The notes: a model not told the origin generated them from the letters alone. Positions 21,273 through 32,980 are shown, counted from the first letter of the stretch. The stretch is DNA of 64,000 bases from an uncultured Chloroflexia bacterium (GCA_963751345.1 CAVVUS010000030.1:320001-384000); one strand, 5' to 3'. Translations and numbers: made by a program.

Positions 21273-22551
21273 ATGCTTACCCATCAGAAGACATTATGGA
21301 TCTTGATCTTGCTCGCGGCGCTGAGCCTCGCCTGTAGTCTTGTCCAGAGCACGCCACAAGCGACGGACACTCCAACGGTGCCGCCGACAGAGACCAGCGC
21401 TCCGCCCACTGAAGCGCCGGCCGACATCAACACCGAAGCCTACGGCACTCCCCACCGCGACCTCGGCCCCAAGTGGATCGGAGTCGGAACTCGAGATCGT
21501 CAACGATACCCAACGGGACATCTGGTACGTCTACCTCTCTCCCACCGATGCGGACTCGTGGGGAGACGACCAATTGGGGGCCACGACGATTTCCGCCGGC
21601 GAAAGCTACACCTTGAGCGGGATCTCTGACGGTGTCTACGATCTGCAGGTGCGTGACGAGAACGACGAGGCCATCCAGACGGTTTGGGGAATCGAGATCT
21701 ATGGGAGCGTCACCCAGGTGATTTCGGCCCAGGCCACGCTGGAGATCGACAACCTCACCGACACCACGATCGCGAAGCTCTACGTCTCACCCACCGATAG
21801 CGACACCTGGGGCCAAGACTGGTTGAACGGAGATACCATTCCCCCGGACGGCGTGTACTCCCTGGCAGACGCCGGCACCGGCACCTTCGATTTGAAAGCC
21901 GAGGATGCCAACGAGGATGCTATCGAGATTATCTACAACGTCTCATTGGACGGCGGCTATTACTGGGACATCGTGGGGAAGGTCGACCTGCCCAGCAACG
22001 CTGTTCTGCGGTTCCAGGATGACTTCACCGACAATCGCAATAACTGGGGCAACACCTCCACCGACACCGTCACGTACAACCCACCTGCAAACGGGGAATA
22101 CTGCATCGATATCAACACCGACCAAATGACGGCCTGGGAGTGGTACGAACCCTTCCGCCCCGACCAGTTCGTGGCTGAAGTCGGCTGTAACATAGAACAG
22201 GGGAGCGACGCCAGTTGCGGGTTGGGATTCGGCCCTGACGGCGACAACCTCTACTGGTTCGAGGTCTCACCCTCCGATCAGACGTACGCCCTGTTCCTGC
22301 TGCTCAACGATGAGTGGCAGGACAGCCTGATCTCGTGGACGGAATCCAAGAACATCACGACTTCGGGATGGAACTACCTCAGCATCGAACGTGTGAACGG
22401 CGTCTTCTCCGTTTACATCAATGGCATACTCCAGGGATCCCTGAACAGCGACCACTTCCCCACGGGACGGATCGGCCTGGGGGGCGCCACTTACTCGGAC
22501 GGCAGTGCCCGCATCTGCCTCGACAACCTGCGGGTGTGGCGGATGGAGTGA
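21273..22551 (+). CDS. Secreted lipoprotein with two tandem beta-sandwich repeats and a C-terminal ConA/LamG-like domain (frameshift near 21425)
   Basis: Lipobox LSLAC and a Thr/Pro linker; repeats LEIVN..YLSPTDADSWG and LEIDN..YVSPTDSDTWG; FQDDF...WNYLSIER...VYING...GRIGL...DNLRVW. Confidence 0.75.
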
Positions 22552-22601
22552 AACGTTAAGAATGACGATTGACCGGAAACGCGCCGATCGGCCGTCAATC
22601 G

Positions 22602-23015
22602 TCATTCGTCAGCTTTCCATACCGTGACGCGCCCATCCTCCACGCGCACACGGTCGCCTGTTCGTATCCGGTCGATCGGCACCTGGTCGACCATAGGAAT
22701 GTCGCTGATGATCGCGCCGACAGCGACGATAGGCTCGCTGTCGGCGTTGATCATCGCGGCAGGCGCCTTCCCCTCGACGGCGAGCTCGTAGAGCACGTAG
22801 GAGCCAACGGTGCTTCCCTTCCCCGTGGGGAAGACCAGTACCTTGCCGGCCACGCACAGTCCCTCCAGCGCATGGCCACGCTCCGTCACAATGCCCGTCT
22901 TGCCGTCCACGCCGCCCAGGAAACCGATGGGCTCCGGCGAGACCAGGGCCTCTCCCTCGGCGATGCCGGATTTGATGACGCGAGCGGAGAAGCTCAACGG
23001 TGAGGTGATAGCCAT
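22602..23015 (-). CDS. Aconitase X swivel (DUF126) small subunit, probable phosphomevalonate dehydratase subunit
   Basis: GIAEGEALVS, IGFLGGVD, GKVLVFPTGKGSTVGS, KAPAAMI and IPMVD. Confidence 0.9.
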   Translation of the reverse strand: MAITSPLSFSARVIKSGIAEGEALVSPEPIGFLGGVDGKTGIVTERGHALEGLCVAGKVLVFPTGKGSTVGSYVLYELAVEGKAPAAMINADSEPIVAVGAIISDIPMVDQVPIDRIRTGDRVRVEDGRVTVWKADE

Positions 23016-23035
23016 TGGGTCGTCTCCCGGAACCG

Positions 23036-24267
23036 TCACTCGGTACGTCCCCATCTCCCCGTCATCGCCGCCTCAACACACGCCTCCAGCGTCCCGAAGC
23101 GCACGGCGACGTGGGCGAGGTTGCGCAGGTAGGTGGCACCTTTGGCCGAGGGTGTGGCTACGGCACCAAAGCCCAGATCGCGGACAGGGGCAATCGCCAT
23201 ACAGGCATCGGCGAAGACACGACCGCCCGCAGCCTCGATCATATCGACCAGCCCCTGTTCCGCCGCCAGCGACCTTGACCGGGCGAGCACAGGTAACCCA
23301 CAGCGGGATGTGCAACGTCTTCCCCCGCACCCGGTCGGCCACCCGCACGATCTCCCGGAGTGAGGCGTGGGGACAACCGATCCAGACGAGGTCGATGTCC
23401 GTGATCGGGTCGCTGAGCGCGGCGTAGCCGGGGGCAAGGTCGTCGACGATCAGCGTGTCGTGATCCGGCGCCAGAAGGGCCTCGGGCGTGATCCCCTCCA
23501 CGTGGAAGAGGGCCACGGCGCCCGTCGCTGCCATCGCGGCCCCCAGCGCCTTGAGCTTCTCCTCCCACAGCGGATCTCGCTCCCCGCGATCAAGATGCAG
23601 CCCAACAAAGTAAGGCACCGCCTTGTTCGCATGCCGCCCGACGATCGCGCCCAAGCGCGCTGTAGTCAGAGATCGTCTCGGGCTGTGCCACCACCTCCAC
23701 CCGGAGCGTGCCGACCCGCGCTGCGTCGAGGTGCAGCCCATAGGCTGCGGTACGCCCCGTGATGGCTGCCGCGATGGCCCCAGGCCCACCCTCACGGTTG
23801 GTGCGGGCGCCCAACACGCTGTTGGCAAAGGCAACGGCCGAGGACTCCGCCCAGGCGACATGTGTACCCATCGCAGGGCGATTGCCGATGAGGTAGGGCG
23901 TGCACGTCGGAACGGGTGCACCTCCGCCCACGCCCATGCGCGCGAAGACCTCGACGACCTGCTGTTGCTTGTCGGCGAACTCGGGGGCGAAGCACTGCGC
24001 CTCCCAATCGACCATATCCATCGCCGTGGGGTTCAGGGTCGTGGGGACGCGCACGCGCGCACCCTCATCGGCCCAGCGACGCAGAAAGCCAAGACCGGCG
24101 TCACCGATGTTGCGGTAGGAGACGCCGGAGATTTGCACGCTCTCGACGGGAATCAGGCGCTCGGCCCCGTAGATGTTGCCGAGCGCCACAACGATCTCTA
24201 TGGCGCGCTTGGTCGCGGGTCCGGCGTCGCCGGCAAGCCACGCCTGTTCCTCAGGGGTCAGATGCAT
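23036..24267 (-). CDS. Aconitase X catalytic (DUF521) large subunit, probable phosphomevalonate dehydratase subunit (frameshifts near 23655 and 23270)
   Basis: MHLTPEE, SGVSYRNIGDAG, TTLNP, TCTPY, WAESSAV..ANSVLGARTNREG, GCPHAS, DAC and SAK. Confidence 0.9.
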
Positions 24268-24400
24268 CTGGACCGCGGGCGTCTCGCCCGCCAGCGCACG
24301 GGCAAGCCGTGTTGAAGAAGCGCCTGCCTGCGCGCGGTACCCCGTCGGCAGAGCGGGCGAGACGCCCGCGGTCCATTCCGGTTAGTATGGTGTGTCGCCA

Positions 24401-27102
24401 TCAAACGCTCTCAAGTGTGGCCAGGGCCTCCAGAACGCGCTCCGGCGTGAAAGGAATCTGGCGGAGGCGGACGCCCACCGCGTCGTAGATCGCATTGGCA
24501 ATCGCGGCCGGCGTGGGTCCCTGTGCGCCTTCGCCGATCCCCAGATAGGGCCGGCCCGGGCGATCGAGCAGCACGGTGTGAACCTCCGGCATCTGACCGA
24601 AGCGCAGGATCGGATAGGTTCGCCAGTCGACGCTGGTGATCCGATGCCGGTCGAAGGTCACCTGCTCGTTCAGCGTCCAGCTTGCCGACTGGGTGAGGGC
24701 CCCCTCGAGTTGATTGCTCAGCCCGTCGGGGTTGACGATCTGGCCCGCATCCACGGCAACGACGGCCTGCCTGAGCTGAACGCGACCGCTGTCGCGTTCG
24801 ACGGTCAAGTCCACGACGACGGCGACGTAGCTTTGGCGGTTCTTGTACTGGGAGAAGGCGACACCCCGGCCCACACCCGCAGGCTTCGGCCCGGCCTTCG
24901 CCACAGCGGCCTCGATCACGGCTCGCGCACGCGCGAGCTGTTGCGCACGCGACGGCTGCTCTTCATCGCCCGCGAGGTACTTCAGGCGGAGGGCGACCGG
25001 ATCGACTCCGGCGGCGTGCGCCAACTCGTCGACAAACGACTCAATCGCAAAGACGTTGGCATACGATCCCAATCCCCGGAGCGCTGAGACCCGTAAGGGG
25101 CTATCGGGCAGGAAGTGCTTGACGATCCTTCGGTTCGGGAAGGTGTAGAGGGGTTCGGCATTGCGGTGAATACCGGACTGCGGCCCCATCATAGGATGCG
25201 ATTGGGGCCGCTTGAGCGGCTCCTCGAGATACCAGGCAGCCAGCAAACTCGACGTGCCTCCGACACCGCGGGAGCGAGCCGAGTGGCTGTAACCCCAGAC
25301 ATCGTGGTTCCAGTCGACGACCTCGCCGTCGGCGTTGACGCTGCCCTGCATCCGGATGACCGTCGCGGTGCCGTAGGGCTCCCACGCGTGCTCGTCCGCC
25401 CGCATCCACTTGAGCGAGACGGGGCGCCCGGGAAGTGCACGCGCCAGCAGGGCCGCATCCAATGCGGCGTCATCCGCCCCATTGTGCCCATAACAGCCGG
25501 GCCCGTCCATGTGGATAACGTGAATGGCGTCCTCGGGCAACTCCAGGACGAGCGCCAATTCGGCGCGCAGCGGGTAGGGGCCCTGCGTATGCGACCAGAC
25601 GGTCAGCTTGTCGTCAACCCACTGGGCCACTGCGGCGGAGGGTCCGAGGGACGCGTGCATGTGATAGGGGCGAGCGTAGGTCGCCGCCACTGTATTCACG
25701 GCATCAGCCGGCACCTCGATGGGGGGGATCGGGCCGTCGACGGGGCTTCCGTCAACCAAGAGATAGGCCTCGTCGGGCTGGTTCAGGACGTAATCGAAGA
25801 ACCCTTCCTGGGATGGCAGTTCGGTCACCGATTTCCAGACCGCAGCCGCCTGGAGCGCCTCCATCGCCCGCACAGCATGTTCTTCGCGCTCGGCGATCAC
25901 GGCCAGGAAGCTGCCGTCGCGCACGACCCGCAGCACACCGGGCATCCGGAGGATGCCCTCGACGTCGACCGACACCAGCCGGTCGTCGTAGCTCGGCGGG
26001 CGCACGGCCCGCCCGTGGACCATATCGGGAAGCTCCAGATCCTGGACAAACGTGTGCGTGCCGGTGACCTTCGCCAGCAGGTCGAAGCGGCGCACAGGAT
26101 GTCCCACAATCGTGTAGTCATCGGCCTGCTTGGGCTGTGCACGCCCGGTCACCTGGCCCCCGAGCTTCTTGCCACCGAAGAGATCCCAGTAGGTGACACT
26201 GCGTCCGGTGACCGGATCAGAGATCGTGCCGTCGGTCACCGTGAGACGCTCCTGTGGCGCCTCCAACTCCTCAAAGGCCACCTCGAGCGCGCGGAGACGA
26301 AGCTCGGCGGCAGCATAGCGGATGGCATTGCCCGAGGTCTCCAGAGACATACTGCTCACGGTGTACCCCTCGTCGGGCGAGGCCTCGGTATCGGCCATCA
26401 CGACGCGGATGCGATCGAGTGCCACATCGAGCTCGTCGGCCCCGATCATCGCGAATGAGGTACGGATATCCTGACCGAGCTCTACCTTGCCGGTGAAGAC
26501 CGTGATCGTGCCGTCTTCATTGACCCGTACCCAGTCGTCAAGATTGGGGGTCCGCCGCAGGGGGCTGGGCAGGTTGGGGGAGGAGGGGGAAGATGACGAA
26601 TCATCGGCGATTCTCTGCTCGTATGCAGGCGCAGGCATCGGGTTGCCCGATGCACGCCGGACGGCCCTGAGGAATCGGTCGTAGGTCCCGCAACGGCACA
26701 GATTGCCATCCATCGCCGCGCGGATCTCCGAATCGGTCGGATGCGGGTCGCGATCGAGCAGCGCCTTCGCGGTAATGATCATTCCCGAAACACAGAAGCC
26801 ACACTGCGCCGCGTTTTCCTGGACGAAGGCCTCCTGGAGCGGATGAAGGTGCTCCGCGGTAGCCCAGGCCCTCCACCGTCGTGATCTCGCGCCCTTGAAC
26901 GGAACCCACGGGCACCCGGCAGGCGTGCACCGCGCTCCCGTCAATCAGGACCTTGCAGGCGCCACACTGGCCAAGGCCACAGCCAAACTTGGTCCCCTTC
27001 AGACCTAGATCGTTGCGCAGGGCATACAGCAAGCGGCGTCTCCGGCTCGATAATGAGACAATGCGTGCCGCCATTGACCGTCAACGTGATCTCTTCAGGC
27101 AT
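24401..27102 (-). CDS. Xanthine dehydrogenase-family oxidoreductase with fused N-terminal 2x[2Fe-2S] and molybdopterin domains (frameshifts near 27030 and 26865)
   Basis: GTKFGCGLGQCGAC, QCGFC and NLCRCGTY continue in frame into TGKVELGQ, ARPYHMHASLGPS, GCYGHNGADD, LRGLG, NQLEGA and GIGEG. Confidence 0.88.
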
Positions 27103-27167
27103 CTTACCCTCCCTGCCATATAGCCTTTGCCCGAGTCTATCGCCGAAAGCGGAGTCCGACCGTCCTC

Positions 27168-28233
27168 TCAATCGAAGATACTCAGATCCCATTCCGGCAG
27201 ATAGTGCAGTTCGAAATGACCGTCCACAAACTTCATCGGCAACCACATATACCGCCCGTCGATGGCGTTCTGAGGACGCCACAGGTCGAACATCGCGATG
27301 TAGGCATCCTCTCGCCCGGCAACCGGCAGAATGAACGTGCTCTGACCACCGAAGGTCGTCTCGCTATCAGGGCCAATACACGGATTGCCCAGCTCAATCC
27401 ACGGCCCCCAGATAGAGCCGGCGACGGCGGAGCGGGCCGCGTTCGGCGCCCATCCTGTACAGTCCGAGCCGATGAAATAGGTGCGTCCCTGCCGCTTACA
27501 GATCGCCGGTGCCTCCATGTAACGCTGGGGGAACGACCCGCACGAACTCCCCGGCGGGCGCCAGATAGTCATCCGTAAGCCGCGAGATATGCAGGGTGCT
27601 GTTCTCCTCTGACGCGAAGAGATGATATGCCCGCCCGTCTTCGTCGACGAACAAGGTCATATCCCGAGCCATCTGCCCACCCAAGAAGTCCCGTCCGAGG
27701 ATGTTGACCTTGTCGATATCCTGATCATAGCCCCCGCTGAACTCACGCTCGATAGAGACGGGGTCCACAGCGTGCATCTGCTCGGCGGTAGCGTTGATCG
27801 GCCAGACGCCGGCGTTGGGCCGGAATGATCGCAGAAACCTGTAGGGTCCGATCGGACTGTCGCTGACTGCTACACCGCTGCGCGCAGCACGATAGCCCTG
27901 CCCCTTGAGCTCCAGATGGAACCACATCACGAAGGTCCCGGTCGCAGCATTGTAGATGACCTTGGGACGCTCGATGACACATCCCTTGACAATGTCGCTG
28001 TCGAGATCTTCGGATACGGACAGAGCAATGCCCTGGTCTTCCCAGTTGTAGAGATCCTGCGAGGCGTAGCAATGAACGCCCACCATCGCGCGGTTACCTG
28101 CCCGGCCCTCGATCTTGTGCTCGCCGAACCAGTAGTAGGTGTTTTCATGCAAGAGTACGCCGCCGCCATGCGCGTTGATGTGATCGCCGGAGGTATCGGG
28201 CCAGAGAGCACCTGGGTAGAATTTCGTCAGCAT
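27168..28233 (-). CDS. Glycoside hydrolase family 43 (exo-beta-1,3-galactanase-like subgroup), no signal peptide (frameshift near 27530)
   Basis: HINAHGGG, YYWFGE, IERPKVIYN, ARDMTLFVD, EAPA, GWAPN, TFGGQST and RYMWLP. Confidence 0.88.
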
Positions 28234-28237
28234 AGGA

Positions 28238-29170
28238 TCATTGTCCCGTCACGGAATCCACATCGCCGAAGATCGAGACGAGCCGCTGTCGATCTTCTTT
28301 GGGCAGCGGTGGGCGATCAAACGATGCGAGGTTGGCCCTGAGGTGCTCGGGATTGCCCGTGCCCGAGAGGATGACGTGCGTGCCGGGTTCGTCACGGCAG
28401 AAGCGATAGGCCGCATCGGGCAGACTGACGGCACCGCCCTCGTGTATGAGAAAGCCCAGCGGGTCGTCCAGATCCACATCCGCGGGATCGATCTGCCCGT
28501 TGGCCACAAGTTCGTTCAGGATTTCCACCAGCCTATCAGGCCGGCTCAGGGCCCGACGGACGGCGAACATCACCAGGATTCCGATGTTTTTCTCGATCGT
28601 CCGGCTGAAGACGCGGTCACGGGCGGACTGGTTGAGAAGGTTGAAGCCTACCATCATCACGTCCCAGACGTCATCCTGGAGCGCGCGCTGCGCCATCGCG
28701 TGGCCGGGATCGGCATTCCATCGCTCGGTGATCCCCAGAAAGCGGAGCTTGCCTTCGTCCCGGAGCTTGAGCATCTCGGGCACGATCTCCGATGCAAGGT
28801 AAGGATAGTCCTCGAGGATCACGCCGTGCAGGTGGTAGACGTCAACATAGTCTGTGTCCAACCGCTTGAGGCTGGCCTCCAAGCTCTGCCGCACGTCGGC
28901 AGGTGTGATCTGCCTCCCGGCGCTCTTCTTGGTGGACACCACAATGCTGCCACGGTCCAGACCTTGCATGGCCTTGCCGACGATCTGCTCCGTTCTGTAA
29001 GCCTCGGCAGTATCGACGAAATTGATGCCGGCGTCCAGCGCCTCGCGCACGACAGCGACCGACTCCGCCTCAGTCTTCCCAGTGCTCTGTCCGGCGCGGC
29101 TCGGTCCGCCGGAGCCGACACCCATCACCGTGACCCGAAGGCCGGTGCGTCCCAGTATCTTTGTGTCCAC
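28238..29170 (-). CDS. Aldo/keto reductase
   Basis: LGRTGLRV, GINFVDTAEAY, STK, SLKRLDTDYVDVYHLH and GKLRFLG. Confidence 0.92.
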   Translation of the reverse strand: MDTKILGRTGLRVTVMGVGSGGPSRAGQSTGKTEAESVAVVREALDAGINFVDTAEAYRTEQIVGKAMQGLDRGSIVVSTKKSAGRQITPADVRQSLEASLKRLDTDYVDVYHLHGVILEDYPYLASEIVPEMLKLRDEGKLRFLGITERWNADPGHAMAQRALQDDVWDVMMVGFNLLNQSARDRVFSRTIEKNIGILVMFAVRRALSRPDRLVEILNELVANGQIDPADVDLDDPLGFLIHEGGAVSLPDAAYRFCRDEPGTHVILSGTGNPEHLRANLASFDRPPLPKEDRQRLVSIFGDVDSVTGQ

Positions 29171-29230
29171 GATATTGTCCTTCCTAATGCTGCGCTGAGC
29201 ACCTGTACCGAGACCTTTGGGGTTTCCTCC

Positions 29231-29607
29231 TCAAGGAAGCATCTTCTCTAGAAGAAAGGCCCCAAAGGTCTTCCCCACCCATGTCTTCGCCACGATGGCC
29301 GCGAGGTCATCCTCCGTCCAGGTCCGATAATCGCCGTCGACGTAGGTGGCGACGCGACTGCCGCCCCAACTTCGCAGGTCGCGCGTCACATACTTCAATT
29401 GCTGAGGGCCTTCCTTCTTGGCTTCCTCGACGGAGTTTGTCATCGGCACCACGCAACCTGTCCGTTACCGGATTTGTAGCGAATCTCGTGATCCCAATCC
29501 CGTTCTCGCCGATCCTCGTGTCGTGCAAGTACATTGTCACAGTGAGATCGACCTAGAGTGTACTCCAGGTAGACCTTGCCGCCAATACCCTTCAGTGTCT
29601 GGGACAC
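29231..29607 (-). CDS. Possible orphan hypothetical protein (~125 aa, broken into 3 frames)
   Basis: Joins MSQTLKGIGGKVYLEYT / VDLTVTMYLHDTRIG..TDRL / VVPMTNS..EKMLP; co-oriented with the operon; no recognisable family. Confidence 0.35.
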
Positions 29608-29676
29608 ACCTTAGGCGACGTCTGAAATCCCCGCCCTTGGAGATAAGACTACCGCAGTCGTGGGATCTTCGTTTCA

Positions 29677-29770
29677 GGTGCCAGGCACTCGCGCCGCAGA
29701 CGGCGACGAAAGTGCCAGGCACCAAGAAAGAATGCCGGTCACCCTGGAGGCGATGACCGGCACCCATTCC
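29677..29770. repeat. GTGCCAGGCAC palindrome doublet plus a terminator-like hairpin downstream of GH38
   Basis: GGTGCCAGGCACT (29677-29689), AGTGCCAGGCACC (29711-29723) and a TGCCGGTCA...TGACCGGCA stem. Confidence 0.65.
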
Positions 29771-29814
29771 CGGACAGGGGGATACTCCCTCGTGCCTTTA
29801 TCCCTATTTCCTGA

Positions 29815-32800
29815 TTACCTTCCCTTGAGACTCACCCGCAGCGTCTTGATCTCAAAGGGGCCGAAGCTGAGGGACACGCCACCCTCGACGAGGTCGAGCT
29901 CCTGCAGCGGGGTTTCCATCAGGTCGGCTTCGGCGACTGCTGCGACGGGCATGCCGAAACTCACCTGGGCGTCGACGCCGGCCCCGGTCGCCTCGTAGAG
30001 CCGGACGATGACGTCGTCACCATCCTCAGCCTGCTTGACCGCCTCCACGATGACGGCGGGCGCGTCGACCTGCAGCAGCGACGCCGTCTTCGGCGCCTCG
30101 CCGCCCTGGGCCTTCAGATAGGTCGTCCTCAGCGGCACGTTGAGCGCGTATCCTTCCCGGATCACGCCACCCTCGACCGGGTCGCCGGCGTGCGGGTAGA
30201 GCGCGTAGGTGAAGACGTGATCGGCCTGGTCGGTGTAGCCGAGATGGGGCTCACCCTCAGGGAACGTCTGCTCCAGCGCGTAGTTCGTGCCGGGGTAGGG
30301 CGCGCTGCGCAGCAGGTTGAGATCGATCACGGGGAATGCTCCTTGTCCCACGCTCTTGATCTTGTAGCCGTACTTTGAGTCATTGAGAGTGCGACACCGT
30401 AGTCGCGCTGCGAGACGTCGGCCCACTTGTGGGCCACGACCTCGTCCTTCGCCAGATCCCAGGTGGTGTTCCGGTGGGTCGGGCGGCGGAGGTGGCCGTA
30501 CTGGATCTCATACGTCGCTTCGTCAGCGTGCACGGCGACGGGGAACTGCGTCCGCAGCATCGAGTGGATCTCGCGCCAGTGCAGGTGCGTCACGAAGTCG
30601 AGGCGCGCGCTGCCCGCCGTCAGGGCGATCTCCTGGGTCAGCTCGGAGTATCCCATCTTGTAAGTCTGCTTCAGGACGGCGCGGGGGCCATCGACGGAAG
30701 CAGTTGACGCCACCAGCGTCATCCGCCGCGGCGTCTGTTCGGCGTAGTCCATGGGGAAGTCCCAGGCATCACCGGGGTCCTCGAAGACCACCAGCCGGTT
30801 GGCCGACTCGCCCTCGGGGATGACCTCGCGACCGGCGCGCTTGTCGTAGATCGAGGCGATGCTCCCGTCCTCGGCAAAGCTCACGCGCAGGAGGTCGTTC
30901 TCCAGGGCCTCGGTGGACGCCGAGAGGAGGGGCGCAGCGTGCTGCGCCCCTACGAGATCGGGGAGGAGACGCAGCGTCCACCACGGCGTAGCCCATCGCG
31001 GGGACTTCGGCGTGGACCCAGTGCCATCCAGGCGGACCCACTCCTCACGCGGCCAGGAGAGGGAGTTATGAAGTGCCACGGGCGCGGTCATGCCGGTCGT
31101 GTCGACCTTGCCCACGATCCGCGCATCCAGCTCGGCGGTCAGCGTCTTGACCTCCTCGTACATCGTCTCGTACCGGGCAACGCTCTCGTCATAGACGCGC
31201 TTGATCGAGGAGCCGGGCAGAATGTCGTGGAACTGGTAGAGCAGGACCTCACGCCAAAGCGTCTCAAGCCGCTCCGCCGGATAGGAGGCGCCGGTGAGCA
31301 CGCCAGCAGCAACGGCGGCCCACTCCAGGTCACGCAGGCCCAACTCCATCTTGCGGTTGAACCACTTGTTGCGCGCCTCGGTCGTCAGCGTGCCCTCGTG
31401 GCGTTCAAGATAGAGTTCGCCTACCCAGGTGGGAAAGCGATCGGCCTCCTTGCGCCACGACTCGAAGAACGCCGCAGCGGATTCCTGCTTGACCGGGCTC
31501 AACCCTGCGAGATTCTGGATGCGCTCCAATCGCTCCAGGTGCTCCGCGCCCGGGCCGCCGCCACCGTCGCCGATGCCGTAGACCATCAGCGCGTGGTGGG
31601 AGACGCCCTTGTCCTTGTAGTTGGTCTCGATCTTGCGCACGGACCGTGGCGCCGCCGGGCCGTTGTAGGTCTCCTCCGGCAGCATGTGCGTCAGCACGAT
31701 GCTGCCATCGATGCCCTGCCAGTGGAACGACTGGTGCGGGAACGTGTTGATCAGGCTCCAGGAGAGCTTCTGCGTGGAGAAGATGTCGACCCCGGCCTTT
31801 TTCAGGATCTGGGGCAGCGCCGCACTGTAGCCGAAGACGTCGGGCAGCCAGAGGTAGTTGATGTCGACGCCGAACTCCTCCTTGAAGAAGCGCTTGCCCT
31901 GCAGCACCTGGCGGACCAGCGCCTCACCGCCGGAGACGTTGGTGTCGGCCTCGACCCACATCGCGCCCTGGGGCTCGATGCGGCCCTCGGCGACCTTGGC
32001 CTTGATCTTGGCGTAGAGCCCAGGGTAGTGTTCTTTCATCCACAGGAAATACTGCGGCTGGCTGGCGCCGAAGACGTAGCCGGGATAGCGGTCGATCAGG
32101 TCAATGGCGGTGGAGAAGGTGCGGGCGCCCTTGCGGATGGTCTCCCGGATCGGCCACAGCCAGGCGAGGTCCATATGCGCGTGGCCGACCGCGCTGATGG
32201 TGAGCGAGGGATCGCCGCCGCGCTGGGCCAGCAGCGGCGCCAGGATCTCACGCGCCTCGGACGCGGCTTCCGGGATCCCAGCATATATCGCGTGAACGAC
32301 GTCGGTGAGCCCCGTCAGGATCTGGTGATAGCGCGGGCTATCCTCGGGCAGCACCTTGAGGAAGTCGAGCAGCACCTCGAAGTCATAGTAGAGGCTGCGC
32401 ACCTCATCCCGGCAAACGGCGATGGCGGCTTGCTGGACGGTTCCATTGCCGAGCAGTCGTCCGAAGAGATCGTTGCAGCCCGCGTCCGCCCAGACGTCGA
32501 TCGTCTCGCCGCCCTTGGCGGAAGGCGTTATCTGGAAGACGTGCTTGCCGGGTCGACCCAGACTGTAGTCGAACTCCGAGCCGACCGCCGTCAACCCGCG
32601 AACCGGGATACCCGCGTCGTCGAAGATGGCCATTTCGCCATTGACGTCCAACAACAGGACGACGTGTTGGCCCGCTGCTTCGGCCGGGACGGTGCCCGTG
32701 AAATTGAACCAGGCGCTATCGAAAAGATCGCCCCACTTGTCACCAGCTTCCAGGCTGTAGGCCTCGCCGCTCTTGCGCTCGTTATAGGGAACCGGCTCGC

Positions 32801-32912
32801 CGGTGCACCAGGCGCGGATGGTCAACGGCGCCATCTCGACGTAGGCCGCCTCACCGATCATCCTGAGCGCGTAATCGAGCTGGTATTTCGTGAAGAACTT
32901 ATAGTCAGGCAT
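29815..32912 (-). CDS. Alpha-mannosidase, GH38 (class 2C-like), cytoplasmic (frameshifts near 31025, 30965 and 30385)
   Basis: GHAHMDLAWLW, WLPDVFGYS, GIGDGGGGP, GELYLERH and QFHDILPGSSI; C-terminal LNDSKYG, VKQAEDG..VRLYE and FGPFEIKT. Confidence 0.95.
30928..30953. repeat. GTAG-type REP palindrome inside the GH38 CDS
   Basis: Minus strand reads GTAGGGGCGCAGCACGCTGCGCCCCT (11-bp perfect arms) and is translated as VGAQHAAP; near-identical to the intergenic copy at 43731-43758. Confidence 0.8.
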
Positions 32913-32980
32913 ATGGCACTCTCTCCTTATTAATGTGAATATGGACTTGTATTAACCGACATTGCGATCACGCGATTCCC

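Noticed and set aside
30939-32933. 664 aa plus-strand ORF, and similar long ORFs at 25115-26458, 43688-45133 and 59765-61507
   Set aside because: Antisense shadows of well-supported minus-strand genes, caused by high GC at third codon positions; no recognisable motifs.
32931-32950. GAATATGGAC as a second operator upstream of GH38
   Set aside because: Only a partial match to the TGGATATATCCA palindrome; insufficient support.
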